NCBI RefSeq assembly: GCF_006345805.1
Contig: NC_043012.1
Coordinates: 16,430,001-16,494,000, forward strand
Source of the DNA: Octopus sinensis
Taxonomy: Eukaryota
DNA length: 64,000 bases
Direction of reading: 5' to 3'
Shown here one piece after another: positions 1-13,855 of this stretch. Position 1 is the stretch's first letter, and every line of letters starts with the position of its first letter. Under the pieces are notes generated by a model. The model made no database searches. It was not told the origin of the DNA and was given only the letters and a program-made list of their open reading frames with translations. The position numbers and the translations under genes are program-made.

Positions 1-127
1 TTCTCTTTCCCTCTCTCTCTCTCTCACTTTCTTTCTGTCTCCCTTCTATCGTTCTATCTCTCTATCTATCTTTCAGTCTATCTATCTATCTTTCTTTCTT
101 TCTTTCAGTCTATCTATCTCTCTCAAT

Positions 128-216
<89 letters not shown>

Positions 217-252
217 CTCCTGTCTATCTATCTCTCAATTTATCTATCAGTC

Positions 253-284
<32 letters not shown>

Positions 285-300
285 ATATATATATATATAT
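1..300. repeat. Compound microsatellite (CT)n/(CTAT)n/(CTGT)n/(TA)n
   Basis: Directly visible tandem di- and tetranucleotide runs. Confidence 0.95.
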
Positions 301-321
301 ATTTACCTTTTAGTTTATCTA

Positions 322-1316
322 CCTTGAGCGACTTCAACACAACCAAAGCATTCTATAGGGGATTAGTGTCGGGGAGGTACGATGACGAGCTCGGGGCGAA
401 CCTGGGCGTCGACGAGGAATACTTGACCCGCCTGTTCAGGACGACTTTCGGGCCAGGACCTATGGACAACTTCCAGAGATCCCTGGCCTGGCAGTGCTAC
501 CGAGAAGCGCTACCCGTTCGGGATAAGCTCTACAGACACGGCTCGAGAAACGCGGGGCCGACCTGCCCGAGATGCGGTCAGAGCGACGAAACCGTTCTGC
601 ACGCACACGTGCAGTGTCCAACCATTTCCGACTAGTGGGCTTATGTCGAACGACTGCTGTCACGTGTGGGACGAATCGGTTTATCAGCCGAGTCTATCGT
701 CAATATCGCCACACCTCCTTCCTTCAAACGGGAAGAAAGAACTATTTTCATCATACTTGTGGCTATGGTGAAAGAATGTATCTGGTGGACGCCTCTGAAA
801 GGATTAGAGACAAACACTTTCATCTCTGGTTAATCTCTCATCAACTTCTTCAAGTGTCACTTGAAAAGGAAAGTGAGAGTAGAGAGGCAAGTTTTGTCTA
901 GCGAATGTTTCAAAAAAAGATGGGTGAATGTAGCAAGGATGGCACGTATGAATGACGAAGCCACCTTGAGCACAATCCTATGAACCCGGAAAAATTTTAA
1001 ATAGAGAGTTTCTTACTTGCAAATAAATGTGTTAACATATGACATTGATGACCGAGGTTACCGAGGTCTTTTTCGTAGGCTTTTCTTTCCACGGATAAAC
1101 CTTATCTGCTTCCCCCTTTACATCATGACATTTCTGTAATACACGATCCCTATTGGTCGTTATTTTTCTTTTATCCTTTCTTATTTTCCCTTTTTTTTTC
1201 TTTTTACTATCCCTTTTGATCGAAAACCTACCCCACTTTTTTTCTCCTCAAAAAGAAAAGCTCTACTTTGTAATTTATCCCGTCTGTGTTCAGCCCTGTG
1301 TGGCTAATAAAGAAAC
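322..1316 (+). mobile_element. 5'-truncated, decayed Tx1/L1-clade LINE (ORF2 C-terminus with zf-RVT, plus 3' UTR)
   Basis: DNFQRSLAWQCYREALPVRDKL..PTCPRCGQSDETVLHAHVQCP aligns with DNFQKSLTWQCYRGALPVWDKL..PTCPRCGGDRETVPHAIVQCP of the 53360-56764 ORF. The frame continues through in-frame stops to ~983. It ends TGTGTTCAGCCCTGTGTGGCTAATAAAGAAA, like the tail of the full-length element, followed by (TATC)n. Confidence 0.9.
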
Positions 1317-1788
1317 ATATCTATCTATTTATCTATCTATCTTTATATCTCTCTATCTCTCTATCTATCTGTCTATCTATTTATCTATCTACAAACATAC
1401 AATTACAAGTTTATAGAGCTGTGTGTGTGTGTATGTATGTATGTTAATTTGGCTATATACGTATGCGTATATGTCATACCCTACCATGGGCCCTTAACTC
1501 CTTGATGGAGTCGTAGGGCCGTTTTCGTAGTAGTATACGGTTTCAACATAGTCGATTTCTTCAAGAAAGAGAGAAAGAAAGAGTTACAGAAAGAGAAGAA
1601 TCGACGCCAGTGAATAACTGGTACTTTATTTATCGGCACCGCAAGAAGACAACGCAAAGTTGACTTAGGCATGGTTTCAACTTTGAGCACAGACAGCGGA
1701 ACGATTATTCTAAAATATATATACCAGATGTTCTAACAACTGCTAATTTACCAGCGCCGCGCGTGACGTGTGTGGGTGCATACATGAA

Positions 1789-1925
<137 letters not shown>

Positions 1926-3362
1926 GTCCGCGCACAAAAGACCATCCAATTTTTTGTCACTCATCTTTTTTCTACTTGACCAGTGCATAGGTAAGACACT
2001 CACTTCACAGCCCCAGTTTATCTTTTCACTTTTCATTCTTTTCTTTTCTTTTATCTTTCTTCCCTTCTATCCCATCTTTCTATCCTTCTCCTGAACCTTC
2101 TCGTTATACCTTTGGAACACAAGCACCACTATTTTCTTCCTTTTTTTTTTTCTTTTTGTCAGTTTCGTCATGTAGTGTCCCACATTTTGAAATTTGTATT
2201 TTTACTGCTTATAGTTCGCTCCGCAATTACTACATCTACGGACAGTCAAACACGAACACCATATATACATTCAAAAAATTTCCAACCACCCAACCCCAGC
2301 TAATATGAGGAACCTTGCATTCAGAATAAGTAAGAGGCTACCATATTTTCCGGCATACAAATCGAATTTTTGAAGACCAAAATTTTCAGCCTAAACGATA
2401 GAACGACTTACACACCAACACGACTTTGAAGGGCCAAAAATTCTACGTGAACAACAGCAGCAGAATTTGGAAAGATAGTGGCGAGGCTTGAATGTGTGCA
2501 CTACATGTTTTCACTATATGCTACGTTAACTTGTCTGCCGAAAAATATGGTGTCTGATATATCAACGGATATAGACATACTGAAGAGCATTAAGGTAAAA
2601 TACATCGAAATCACTCATACACGAAATGTTATGAGGACATTTGTAATTCAAAATTTTTCAAGGGTGTGTGTTAAATTATTAAATTTATCTACCCCTAGTG
2701 AACGGAAGATAAAACTGTCCCATCTGAAATTAGAACGCAACACGGCATAACTCCAAACTAGGAACTATAAAGCATCTAACCCAACCCACTTTGATTTTGG
2801 TTATATTTTGCTTGTTTTTTTTTTTTTTTCGTTATTTCCTTCCCGAAGTCTCCCATTCTAAAGGGGAAGGAAAATTATACATTCTACTTGATATTAGTTC
2901 ACTGAAAGGAAGCTACCAGTTTGTTGTTAGGTGTATTCTAGGGAACTGATTCCAAACATTATCATTACAATTTTCAGCTATCAAATCACATTTTGGCACA
3001 ATCCCTGGAATGTGAGATGCTGAGAGACATTCAGTGCCTTGGGTAAGTAACCGACGAAATCTCATCTCCCAACGTGGAGCCGTCAACAGTCATTATATCA
3101 CATCCAAAAGTACAGCATTTCAAATTTTCTTCATTTTTGTCTCAAGTTCATTATTGCTTCATCATCTAAATATAGCAGGTGCATTCTTTAGCGTTTGAGT
3201 GTATCTGCTACAACATTCTTTAAAATCTTTCCGGCTTTATTTTATGTTCCCGAACAGCAAATTGCATACCATCAAACAGATAACAAACCTCTTCACCGTT
3301 CTGCGGTTGCTGCACTTGTTTTCATTTCCTCTAGATTGCTTTGAAATTCTAAACTTGGGGAG

Positions 3363-3780
3363 TTAGGCAAAGACATAGCTGTGCAGTTAAGAGGCTCATT
3401 TGCAGTCACAGGTTTCGTGTTCAGTCCCACTTTGCGGATCCTTAAGCAAGTGTTTCCCAGTGTTTTCTCTAATACCCACCAGGCCGCTAACTAATGTCTT
3501 GTGAATGAATTCGGTAGACGGACCCTGGAAGTCCAACACGGACCTAATAAGGTTCGAAAATTGATTGATTGTATGTAGGTATGTATCTGCGTGTATTTGT
3601 GTTTTCCCCTTAACAACCGTTTCTAGTTTGTTTACGTCCCCGCAACTTAGTGTTTCGGCAAAGAGACGGACAGTACCAGACTAAAAAAATACTGATGGCA
3701 TTTTTCTGACTGAACTCCTCAATGCGATGCTCCAGCGTGGCCGCGGTTCAATGACTGAAGCACGTAAAAGATAAAAGATA
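3363..3780 (+). mobile_element. Decayed copy of the CORE-type composite SINE
   Basis: GCTGTGCAGTTAAG..GTTCAGTCCCAC..CCTTAAGCAAGTG..GCTCCAGCGTGGCCGCGGTTCAATGACTGAAG matches the copy at 22663-23080. Confidence 0.75.
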
Positions 3781-5359
3781 TGGCTAACAAAGACTTTAAA
3801 AGGATGGGTTGGATTAATAGAATCGGGGAGCGGGGTATCTGACAAAATTCCTTGTGATAGTTGTTCCGGTTCAAATAATACCGAGGTTAATTTTGGCGTT
3901 AATTTTTCTGAGATCTATAATTTTAAGGCACCAGTTAAATGCAAGCTCCATTTTATAGATTGCTAGGTTTTAGATGGGTTAGCAAGATTTGATAGAGCCC
4001 ATATTAACGTCGTCCGACGATGGGGTTCCAGTGACTGTTGAAGGGACACACCAGTTGCAGTACGGTACCACTGCATCTATATTATCTAGCAGTATTATAG
4101 TATAACGTAGTCCAATACCGCTAACACTTACTCTCAACCATCCAAGCGTTCACATACACACATTTCCACTCTCTAAAAGTGGAATCTATTTGGAGAGATA
4201 ACAATAGAAAAAAGACGGCAAGATTTCAACCGAAAACCGTCTTGCTCCATGGAAACCAAAGTTATTTATTCAGCCTGGAATTAATAGATGAAATAATGGA
4301 TCTCAAGAGTGAATGAAAGGGGAAATACTTTGGCATTAAAGACATTTTTTTCTTTTTTCCTTTTTACGGAAAGAGAAAAATCTTTGCTCGATAGTTTTTC
4401 TATTTATTGAACAAGAAAACAGTGATTATTTATCGGATGTTCAAAGGCAAGCATAAAACATACAGCATAAAAAATATACCTCTTCAGTTCTTGTTAGTCA
4501 TTCAGATCATGTTAAAGAAAGCTACTTCTATATGAAATCAATATTAGTAAATACATATTGTGATTAGAAACGTACAATTTGTACGAATCAGAAAGTCTTA
4601 AACAGAGGTACAGCAGTTGTGGCCTTAAGGTTGTAGGAGGCCTTTTAAAGTGCAGTCTTCCAGAAGACGTCTAACGTTTGAGGTAAAATCATTATCCTGT
4701 AATATCTTTTTGTTGATTTCATTTTATTTAAGCTGAATCTCTTCAATAAATTGTACTGGCTTAAAGTAATTATAATTGTATTTTAAACATAGAAATTCAA
4801 AGAAAATTTCCTAAAGCACAAAATTACGATATGGATTGCTTCTGCTGTAACTCTGCCTTTGTTACATTTGTCAAAATGTTTGAGTAAAGCGTCAGGAAAG
4901 GACATCGCGTAATATCGATGAATGCATTACAAAAAGTAGGAGTTACGTAATCACCTTCATTTGCATCGGGATTTTGCTATAAGAAGAAGTACACTCAGAG
5001 CCGAGTGTTTGAGCAGCATCCTACAGCTTTCTCGGAGCTGAATATCAGCGTAAACCTGATCCTGGTACGTTAAATATGATTTTTTTTCTTCAAGTACAAA
5101 ACTTCTTTTAGCCGCAACATACACAAACCTATAAACACTAAAGCATTTTTCTGTACAAAAGACACGAACAAACATGTGACCCCTTTTTTTTTTCACTTCT
5201 CTCCTTTATATTTGTGTTCTATGTGAAACTTACCTTATGAATACGTGCATCAGGATATTTTCACAAACTATGATACGGAAACATTTATTCTCTGAAAACG
5301 AATTATTACATTTTCACAGTATTTCACACATACACCCACCCACCCACACACCACACACC

Positions 5360-5462
<103 letters not shown>

Positions 5463-5466
5463 GTAT

Positions 5467-5498
<32 letters not shown>

Positions 5499-5500
<2 letters not shown>

Positions 5501-6022
5501 GTCAAAAAAGGGTAATAATATAGAGTACTACCAGTGGCCCAGCACAAAGGACGAATTAGTCATTAGACAAAATATTATTCATATAGAAATATAATTAAGG
5601 GCTCCTAGATAAGGATGCCAAGTGCTAGGGACACAAAAAAAGGGATAAACTTATCGAGAGTGAAAATCAAAAACATTTACCATTAACGATACATCCCGGA
5701 CTGATCAGTTTCTACCTCTTTCTAGCAAACAGACAGAATATGTTTGCTAAGGCCGGTTTCATCAGCGAGAATCCTGAGTTAAATCGAGATGCGCAGCGTG
5801 TTAGACCATGTGTTGATCTAAACAACTTGCAGATCTTAACTTTTCAAATCTCTACGCAGACGCAAAATCTACCCGGTGATATAGGGCATGCCGGGAAAAA
5901 ATTTTACGAATAAATCTATCAAGTAATATGTGAATATAGTCAAAAAAGGGTAATAATATAGATTACTACCAGTGGCCCAGCACAAAGGACGAATTAGTCA
6001 TTAGACAAAATATTATTCATAT
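5499..6022 (-). mobile_element. Penelope pLTR / retrozyme-like unit: 438-bp monomer in ~1.2 tandem copies, inserted in (TA)n
   Basis: ~85-bp direct repeat GTCAAAAAAGGGTAATAATATAG..ATTATTCATATA at 5501 and 5939; internal hammerhead; (TA)n on both flanks. Confidence 0.7.
5694..5770 (-). ncRNA. Type I hammerhead ribozyme
   Basis: Minus strand: TCTCG-CTGATGA-[long stem II with TAGCAAACA/TGTTTGCTA]-GAA-ACTGATCAGT-C-CGGGA. Stem I TCTCG/CGGGA, palindromic stem III, GUC cleavage triplet. The first stem II pair is an A-A mismatch. Confidence 0.75.
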
Positions 6023-6192
6023 ATATATATATACCAGAGTAAGCACCTAATGTGAAACAAGGTGGAAAAAAGAGTACTCAAATACCAGAGGTAGAGTAAT
6101 ATGCTTTATTGAAAAGCAGCAGAAATATAACAAAAGTTGTTACTCAGCGTTACACGTTCTCGTTTGTCGGACAATTTTGTGATATATATACA

Positions 6193-6235
<43 letters not shown>

Positions 6236-6868
6236 TGTATGTATGTATGTTTGTGTGTATGTACGTATATACATACATACATCAGTGGAACTGTCATAAT
6301 ACGCAAAACTTTCCAAAAATCTAGCATTTATATACATGTCTTTACATGCAAATATGTTTGAGTATACATGCATAAAACAAAACATGTAGTGACTGCAAAT
6401 ACTCACATTTATATACACGCATACATAATTACCCTATTGATGTTGTTGAAATTCCAATAAAGGAGCCGTGGGCGTTGGTTAGAAACTGACTCTTTCTCCA
6501 TTGGCGAGAAATCTAGAAATAAAACTACATAATAACATACATATATAATAAATATAAAGCATGTCGTGTACAGAGATCGATGCAATCAAGTATATCCTCC
6601 CGACAGCACATGTATGGATTAACACCATTATTAAATGTCGATATTGGTATAATAAAATCGTATAAATTTAATTATTACGATGTGATTTACAAATTACCAC
6701 TACACATGTCGAGAAGAGTCATGTGTGGAACGAATAGAAATCAGTTTTCAAATCGAATAATCAGAAAAATCGATATGTATGCATGTATATGTATCTATTA
6801 GTCTCTTGCAGGCATCCGTCGTCTCGAGAGACCATGGATCTGCGTCCGAAGAAATTGTGTCAATTGCT

Positions 6869-6869
<1 letters not shown>

Positions 6870-6928
<59 letters not shown>

Positions 6929-6974
6929 TGTATGCATGTATGTATGTATGTATGTATTTATGTATGTATGTATA

Positions 6975-7041
<67 letters not shown>

Positions 7042-7047
7042 ATATAT

Positions 7048-7078
<31 letters not shown>

Positions 7079-7085
7079 GTATATA
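6870..7085. repeat. (TA)n/(TATG)n microsatellite
   Basis: Visible tandem runs. Confidence 0.9.
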
Positions 7086-7417
7086 TTTGAAATACACCGC
7101 CATCTTCAGTTGCAAAAATATTGATTTTCTTAAGTTTATTCTGCTACAATAATAGAAGCATGGGATTTTTTCATTCTCTATCTCTGAAGAAATATTTGCT
7201 AAAAATCATAGAGTATCTTGTCTGTTGAAAATCTATATTTTAAATTGATGTAATGCTTGTATTGGTCGATTAAATAGAGCCGCTTGAAACGGTCGTATTG
7301 CATTAATACCTTGACATCCTTGTTACTTATTTGCTATATTTATATATATATATACATACATACATACATACATACGTATTTCCACATAATACACAGACAT
7401 ACAGACAGACAGACAGA

Positions 7418-7450
<33 letters not shown>

Positions 7451-7544
7451 ACATACACACACACACAGATGTTCCAGTATAGGCATACTTCAGTAGTTAA
7501 AACCTGAGTGAAATGTAAAAACGCATGTCTGTGTTTGTGTGCAT

Positions 7545-7545
7545 T

Positions 7546-7576
<31 letters not shown>

Positions 7577-7705
7577 GTATGTATGTATGTATGTATGTAT
7601 GTATGTATGTATGTATGTATGAAAGTATGTATGTATGTATGTATGTATGTATGTATGTATGTATGTATGTATGTATGTATGTATGTATGTATCTATGTAT
7701 GTATG
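7545..7705. repeat. (TATG)n microsatellite
   Basis: Visible tandem run. Confidence 0.9.
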
Positions 7706-8519
7706 CATCATCATTATCATCATCATTACTTAACGTTTACTCTTCAATGCTTGCATGGATCAGACAGAATTTTTTAAGCAGATTTTCTATGGCCGGGTAC
7801 CCTTCCTATTGCCAACTTTCACCCGCTTCCAAAAAATACATTATTTCACCATTAGTCAGATATGTTTTTCATGGAAGACTGGAAACAAACATTGCTTCTA
7901 TGACAGTTACACTCGCTGTCAACCATCGCACGATGTCAAGGCAAGAATACACACACACACGCGCACTCTCACACACACACACGCACTCTCACACACACAC
8001 GCGCACATGCATAATACATACATACTGATATATATATATACTATATGTTATACACACACACACACACACACACACAATGGTCTTCTTCCATCTTTCGTCT
8101 GCAAAATCCACTCACAAGGCTTTGGTCGGCGTGAGACTATTGTAGAGAACACAAACTCAAGGACTCAGACATGAGTTGTCAGGCAAGAATTCCAAAATCA
8201 AGCATAGTCGCATTCTGAAGCGCTATCATTCGATAAGTTACATTCCAAAAACTAGCTTACGATCTCAATGAAGCTGACCCGGATCGTAGAGTAGAGTCTT
8301 GCGCAGGTTTACTTGGCAAAATATGTAGAAGATGCACACATTCTAATAACGAGCGTTTGGATTGATCATGTTACGTTTAAATCAATAAGCTCACTGAAGC
8401 TCCCCTTCTGCACCTACAGGATTCTTGAGAATCATAGAGGTGAATCATCCGTGTGGCTTATCATCAAAAGGATTAATTGGACCCTTCTTTTTTGACAGTA
8501 CTCAGATTGGTTCGAGAAA

Positions 8520-8981
8520 ACTTTGAATATGTAGAGTTTTATTTCCAGCAAGACACACTTCTAAAGTAATGAAATGGACGAGATTTTGTCAAATGGGGAG
8601 CTTGAACGAAGAAGTTCAGTACAACACTCCGCGTTCACCGGACCTCACGCCATTAAACTTTTTCTTATGGGAATACTTAAAAGTTGAAGAACACGGTAGA
8701 AAACCTGCAACAGTCGACAAACTGAGGGCAGCCATTGAATGAGAACGCGTTCAAATACCGAACAAAATGTTTCTTGATGTTAACAACTCCTTTGCTTCAC
8801 GTTACCAGAAGTGTCCAAACCAGTAAGATCATCAATTTGAAAACTGGCATTCATAAAACAACTTATTTTTGTCGGCAGATTATATTGAGTCTTCAAAATG
8901 AAATGTATTTTAATAAACTCTGACTTTTTTTATCATTCTATATATGTAAACATTCTTTTTTTTTTTTGCTGTGGGGTCATC

Positions 8982-8985
<4 letters not shown>
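8520..8985 (+). mobile_element. Tc1/mariner-superfamily transposase 3' remnant
   Basis: Translates to PRSPDLTPLNFFLWEYLK around 8630-8685, a close match to the WPPRSPDLTPLDFFLWGYLK motif; decayed with stops. Confidence 0.7.
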
Positions 8986-9021
<36 letters not shown>

Positions 9022-9097
9022 CTATAAACTATAAAATTCGTTACAAAGACTGAGTAATTGATAGAGAGAGAGAGGAGTGACTTAGCGATAGATAGAT

Positions 9098-9132
<35 letters not shown>

Positions 9133-9169
9133 GACAGATATTGAATTAATATAAAGTAAATACGGGAAA

Positions 9170-9218
<49 letters not shown>

Positions 9219-9302
9219 CTGATGTTTCAGTCATGTTCAGTAATGTTCCGTAAATTTGTTTTGCAATAAAACAAATATGTAAAAGAAATATATTTACACA
9301 GG

Positions 9303-9499
9303 CATGTATGTATGTATGTTATGTTATGTATGTGTATGTGCGTGTGTATGTGTTATATATGTATGTTATGTATGTGTGTTATGTATATGTTGTGTATGTA
9401 TGTTATGTATTTATGTATGTATGCATGCATACATGTATGTTATGTATGTATGTGCGTATGTATGTAGGAATGTTATATATGTATGTATGCGTGTATGCG

Positions 9500-9542
<43 letters not shown>

Positions 9543-9660
9543 TTCTGTATGTATGTATGTATGTATGTTATGTATGTGTGTATGTATGTATATATGTATG
9601 TATGTATGTATTTATGTATGTATGTATGTATGTATGCATGCATGTATGCGTGTGTATGCG

Positions 9661-9707
<47 letters not shown>

Positions 9708-9746
9708 TTCTGTATGTATGTATGTATGTATGTATGCGTGTATGCG

Positions 9747-9787
<41 letters not shown>

Positions 9788-9816
9788 TTCTGTATGTATG
9801 TATGTATGTATGTATG

Positions 9817-9850
<34 letters not shown>

Positions 9851-9985
9851 TGTATGTATGTATGTATGTATGCGTGTATGCGTATGTATATATATATATG
9901 TATGTGTTTCTGTATGTATGTATGTATGTATGTATGTATGTATGTATGTATGTATGTATGCATGCATGTATGCGTGTGTATGTAT
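9303..9985. repeat. Compound (TATG)n/(TA)n microsatellite with internal higher-order duplication
   Basis: Recurrent GCGTGTATGCGTATG..(TA)n..GTGTTTCTGTATG blocks. Confidence 0.9.
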
Positions 9986-10512
9986 GGGGTTACGTGCGTG
10001 CTGACTAAGTAGTCATGCAGCGGACGTTCCCTGCTGATAAATACGAAGATTTTCTAATCCCCTCCCAAACTGTAAACATGACAGGTCATATTTCTTCCGT
10101 ATTAAAACCAACCCTAATTTGATAGAAGAGGTGGTGGGGAATGGGAATAGGGGCAATTAAGCAGGGTTGTATGACGAGCAAAAGTTCTCACTTTAATATT
10201 ACTAAGAATCTCTGCGTTATGTTATGCCGCTTATGCCCTTGAGAAAAACAAAAATCAAAGCCTTACGTCTGTGCTGTGAACTACTGTTACTGGAAAGCCT
10301 TGAAGGAGATCGATTAGAGTAATCGATAGGAACGTTGGACAAACGGCAACATGTCCCGTGGGGCATTTAGTTGCAGCTATTTAAGTTCTGATTTCAACTT
10401 GTTATAGGTCAGCACTCCATTTCACCGAATCGCATTTTACAAGATTCTCTCCATCATTTACAAGTTTTCAACATCGGGTTTTAACACCAAAAGCTAGCAA
10501 GGCCAAGCTACT

Positions 10513-10553
10513 CCAGACTGATGAAGGACAATTACCCTGAAACTAGTCTCTGG
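10513..10553 (+). ncRNA. Minimal type I hammerhead ribozyme (Penelope-like element type)
   Basis: CCAGA-CTGATGA-AGGACAATTACCCT-GAA-ACTAGT-C-TCTGG: perfect 5-bp stem I, AGG/CCT stem II, palindromic ACTAGT stem III, GUC triplet. Confidence 0.8.
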
Positions 10554-10904
10554 TTGCTGGCATTGTTGAGTAGAGGTGCTTATCTCCCCTGTTTGAACTT
10601 AAGGACACAGAATGCTTGTGTCACGTAGCCATCTAGAAACTGTATTTCTTGGGGCTGAATAGCAGTAGCATTTTTCCATCTTGGGACTGCCAAAATAAGT
10701 TGGCAATAGACCACCACTTTATTCAGATAATTATTAATCAGGAAAATTAATTTTGTACAGAAAGGTTTATTATCCGTTATTTATTATGCTATCTCAGCTA
10801 GGCAGTGTCACGTTTTAGATAATTACTCGGACTGTGTGGCTTATGAAAACTTTTTGAGAGAAATTACTAAAACAAACAAAAAAAAACAACAAATATTACT
10901 CACG

Positions 10905-11300
10905 TGTTATATGTATGTGTGTGTATGTATGTATATATGTATGTATGTGTGCATGCATGTATGTACGCATACATGTATGTATGTATGTATGTATGTGTAC
11001 ATGCATGTATGCACGCATACATGTATGTATATGTATATGTGTGCATGCATGTATGTAAGCATATATGTATGTATGTATTATGTATGTATGCATGTATGTA
11101 TGTATGCATGCATGCATGCATGTATGTATGTATGTATGTATGTATGTATGTATGTATGTATGTGTGTGTATGTATGTATGTATGTATGTATGTATGTATG
11201 TATGTATGTATGTATGCATACAAGTATGCACGCAAGCATATATAAATGTATGTATGTGTGCCTGCATGTATTCAAGCATACATGTATATATGTATGCATT
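10905..11300. repeat. (TATG)n/(CATG)n microsatellite
   Basis: Visible tandem runs. Confidence 0.9.
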
Positions 11301-11664
11301 ACCTGATAAAGATCTTTGTTTTGTACTTTTTGTTTTTTTGTTAAAAGTGTTTAAAATGTAAATATTGTACGTGATTTAAATATTTTATTCCTAAGAAAAA
11401 TTCAGACCCCTATAAACACCCAGTGCCCCCATGTCACGCTTTTGAGTTTTGAACTCTCCGTCGTGAGATCGCAACACCTTCGATAATATGCATTTATATG
11501 CACATATACACGTACACATCTATACACACATACACTGTTGGATGTGTGTACAAATGATTGTACGTATGTGTGTGCATATATTATGGTATGTGGTTTGTGC
11601 CTGATAAATATGTTTGAGGCATTTCTCAACATATAAAACTATTAGTAGCACATTAAAACGAGTC

Positions 11665-11848
11665 TAGGACATTAACCCCATGGACAATAACACCCCCGCC
11701 CCCAGGACAATTATGCCTGAAGACAACAGATGATGATTTAAAACTTCTTAGTATATTGGAGAGAGGGTAATTACCCGAGAGGGGGTATTGTTCTAGCGGG
11801 TAGTTGTCGTCGGGGGGGATTTGTCTTATGGAGGGTAATTGTCGTGAT
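11665..11848. mobile_element. MITE-like element with subterminal inverted short repeats
   Basis: GGACAAT(T)-type motifs on the left face GGGTAATTGTC-type motifs on the right. Confidence 0.4.
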
Positions 11849-11954
11849 ACGCATAAAAGCGTGTCGATTAAATAGCATTTATCTCTCACCAGATGCAGTA
11901 ATTGTTGACCTTACCATAACGGAACAGTACATTATATATATATATATATATATT

Positions 11955-13260
11955 ATATTAAATTAGAGATAAAACCACTATAAGGCAAATCAATACATAA
12001 AATTAATTTAAAAGTTAAAAATAAAAAATTATTTAAATAATTTAAACTTATAAATTTTATATATACATACAAATATATATATATATATGTATATTTTTAT
12101 ATTTATATATTATTTTATTTATTAATTAATTAATTTTTTTTTTTAATATATCTAAAGTATTAAAAGTTTAATAAAAGATAAAGAGTAAAACACTACGATC
12201 GTTTCATGGCTGTACCAATTCGAATAACAATAATTTAAATTCAATTAATAATTCGAGTTATGGTTACAGTCAATCTTTAGGTTAATTGAAATATTTTTAA
12301 AATAATCAGAAATATTTAAACAATATTTTTAAGATATAAATAATATAATTATTTTACTTATAATAAACTCTATTATCAAACTAGAAACTTAAAACTTAAC
12401 AATTATGATTATATCAAAATCGATTATAATGTTAAATATTAATTTTAATTTATAAGTAGGAAACCCACCAATAATCTAATATCGGTATTAATCTATATCT
12501 AATTACATAAATATTTAAAATGACTAATATATATAAATTATCAATGAAAATATATAAATGTATATAAATATTATATTAAGATCTAAATAATCTCTATAAA
12601 TAAATATATATGCACATATAATAAAGACCTAAAATTAATTTTTCATATTTAAAGATGAAATAGCTAATTTCAAAAATACAAACAAACAACTTAAACGAAC
12701 TTCGGAAATCTTATCTAAAATACTTATAAAAATAATCATTCGTAGTTATATAGTATCGAATAAATACTATAAATACTATAAATATAATTATCAATGGAAT
12801 AACTAACGAATATCAATTTAAAAACAATAACTAAGTTATGCTATTAAGTTAGACATGGCCTGGACCAATCTTTAGTCGAAACATATCTAAGTTTATCAAA
12901 GTTTATCTAATTTTAATTATAAGAAATACTATTAATACATGTATATACAAAAGCCTAACTTTAGACACCTCGTATACTTGCTATCAAACAACAAATCTAT
13001 CGCTAAGTAGTATCTTACGAATAAACTTAAATTTAATATCTAATAATATAGAAAATTACGATAATTAGATCATCACATAAACAATGATATTTACATAAGG
13101 AAAATATTATTACACCAAAGACTTATAAAATATTAAAATTTACAATTTAAAGATCTTAAATATAAATAAATACTTATCTTAGCGAGGTTTTGTAATGAAC
13201 TAAAATTTTGAATCGGAAAACGTCTTTACAGCGTTTATAAGAATACTCGTGGAATTACGT
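11955..13260 (-). mobile_element. Extremely AT-rich decayed element, probably Penelope-like
   Basis: Starts beside (TA)n with AAATTAGAGATAAAACCACTAT, which recurs at ~15726. Degenerate hammerhead on the minus strand at ~12190-12285 (CTAAAGA..stem..GAAACGATCGTA). Confidence 0.35.
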
Positions 13261-13855
13261 TATTAGCAATTGCGACGACTGTCCACCGCTACCAGCCCAC
13301 AGTCAGCGCTATGGCGATCGGAGCTCGCTCTGGGCGCCATTGCCGTCACTATTACCGGGGTCTCGTCTCGTCTTGTCGCTGAAGGAGAGGAAAGAAAGAA
13401 TTTCAATTACAAATAGAGAACTATAGCGCGAAGGCAGCATAAAAAACATCATCGGTTGGCAGTTTTATCTACTCCGCATTGCGAGCATTTTAATAAGATG
13501 CGTCTTCGTCAAAGCAATTGCTCCCCCAAAGCAAATATTGTTTAAGTTTACCGAAAATGGTCCTTTTAACATGCCGAATACTATTTGGTGGAATTATTAA
13601 TTATTAATTAATTAATTAATTTTACCCTTTATTATTATTGATAATATAATTCCCTCCCTGATAATAAACTACAGTTTTTTTCTGTAGAATTTTTTTCTCG
13701 ACAACACACGTGGGTGGATGAGGGAGAATACGAGACCTCATTCGTATGCTTTGAATTTGTTGGTACTGGTCATTGAATATAGTTTGTCTGATGTTACTTG
13801 AATCGGATAGATATGTTAAATTTTTTCAGTGCTCTCAAATTTAAAAGCCTGAAAT

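Noticed and set aside
6140-6175. Possible minus-strand hammerhead remnant
   Set aside because: Both core boxes are mutated (CCGACAA, GTAAC), too degenerate to call.
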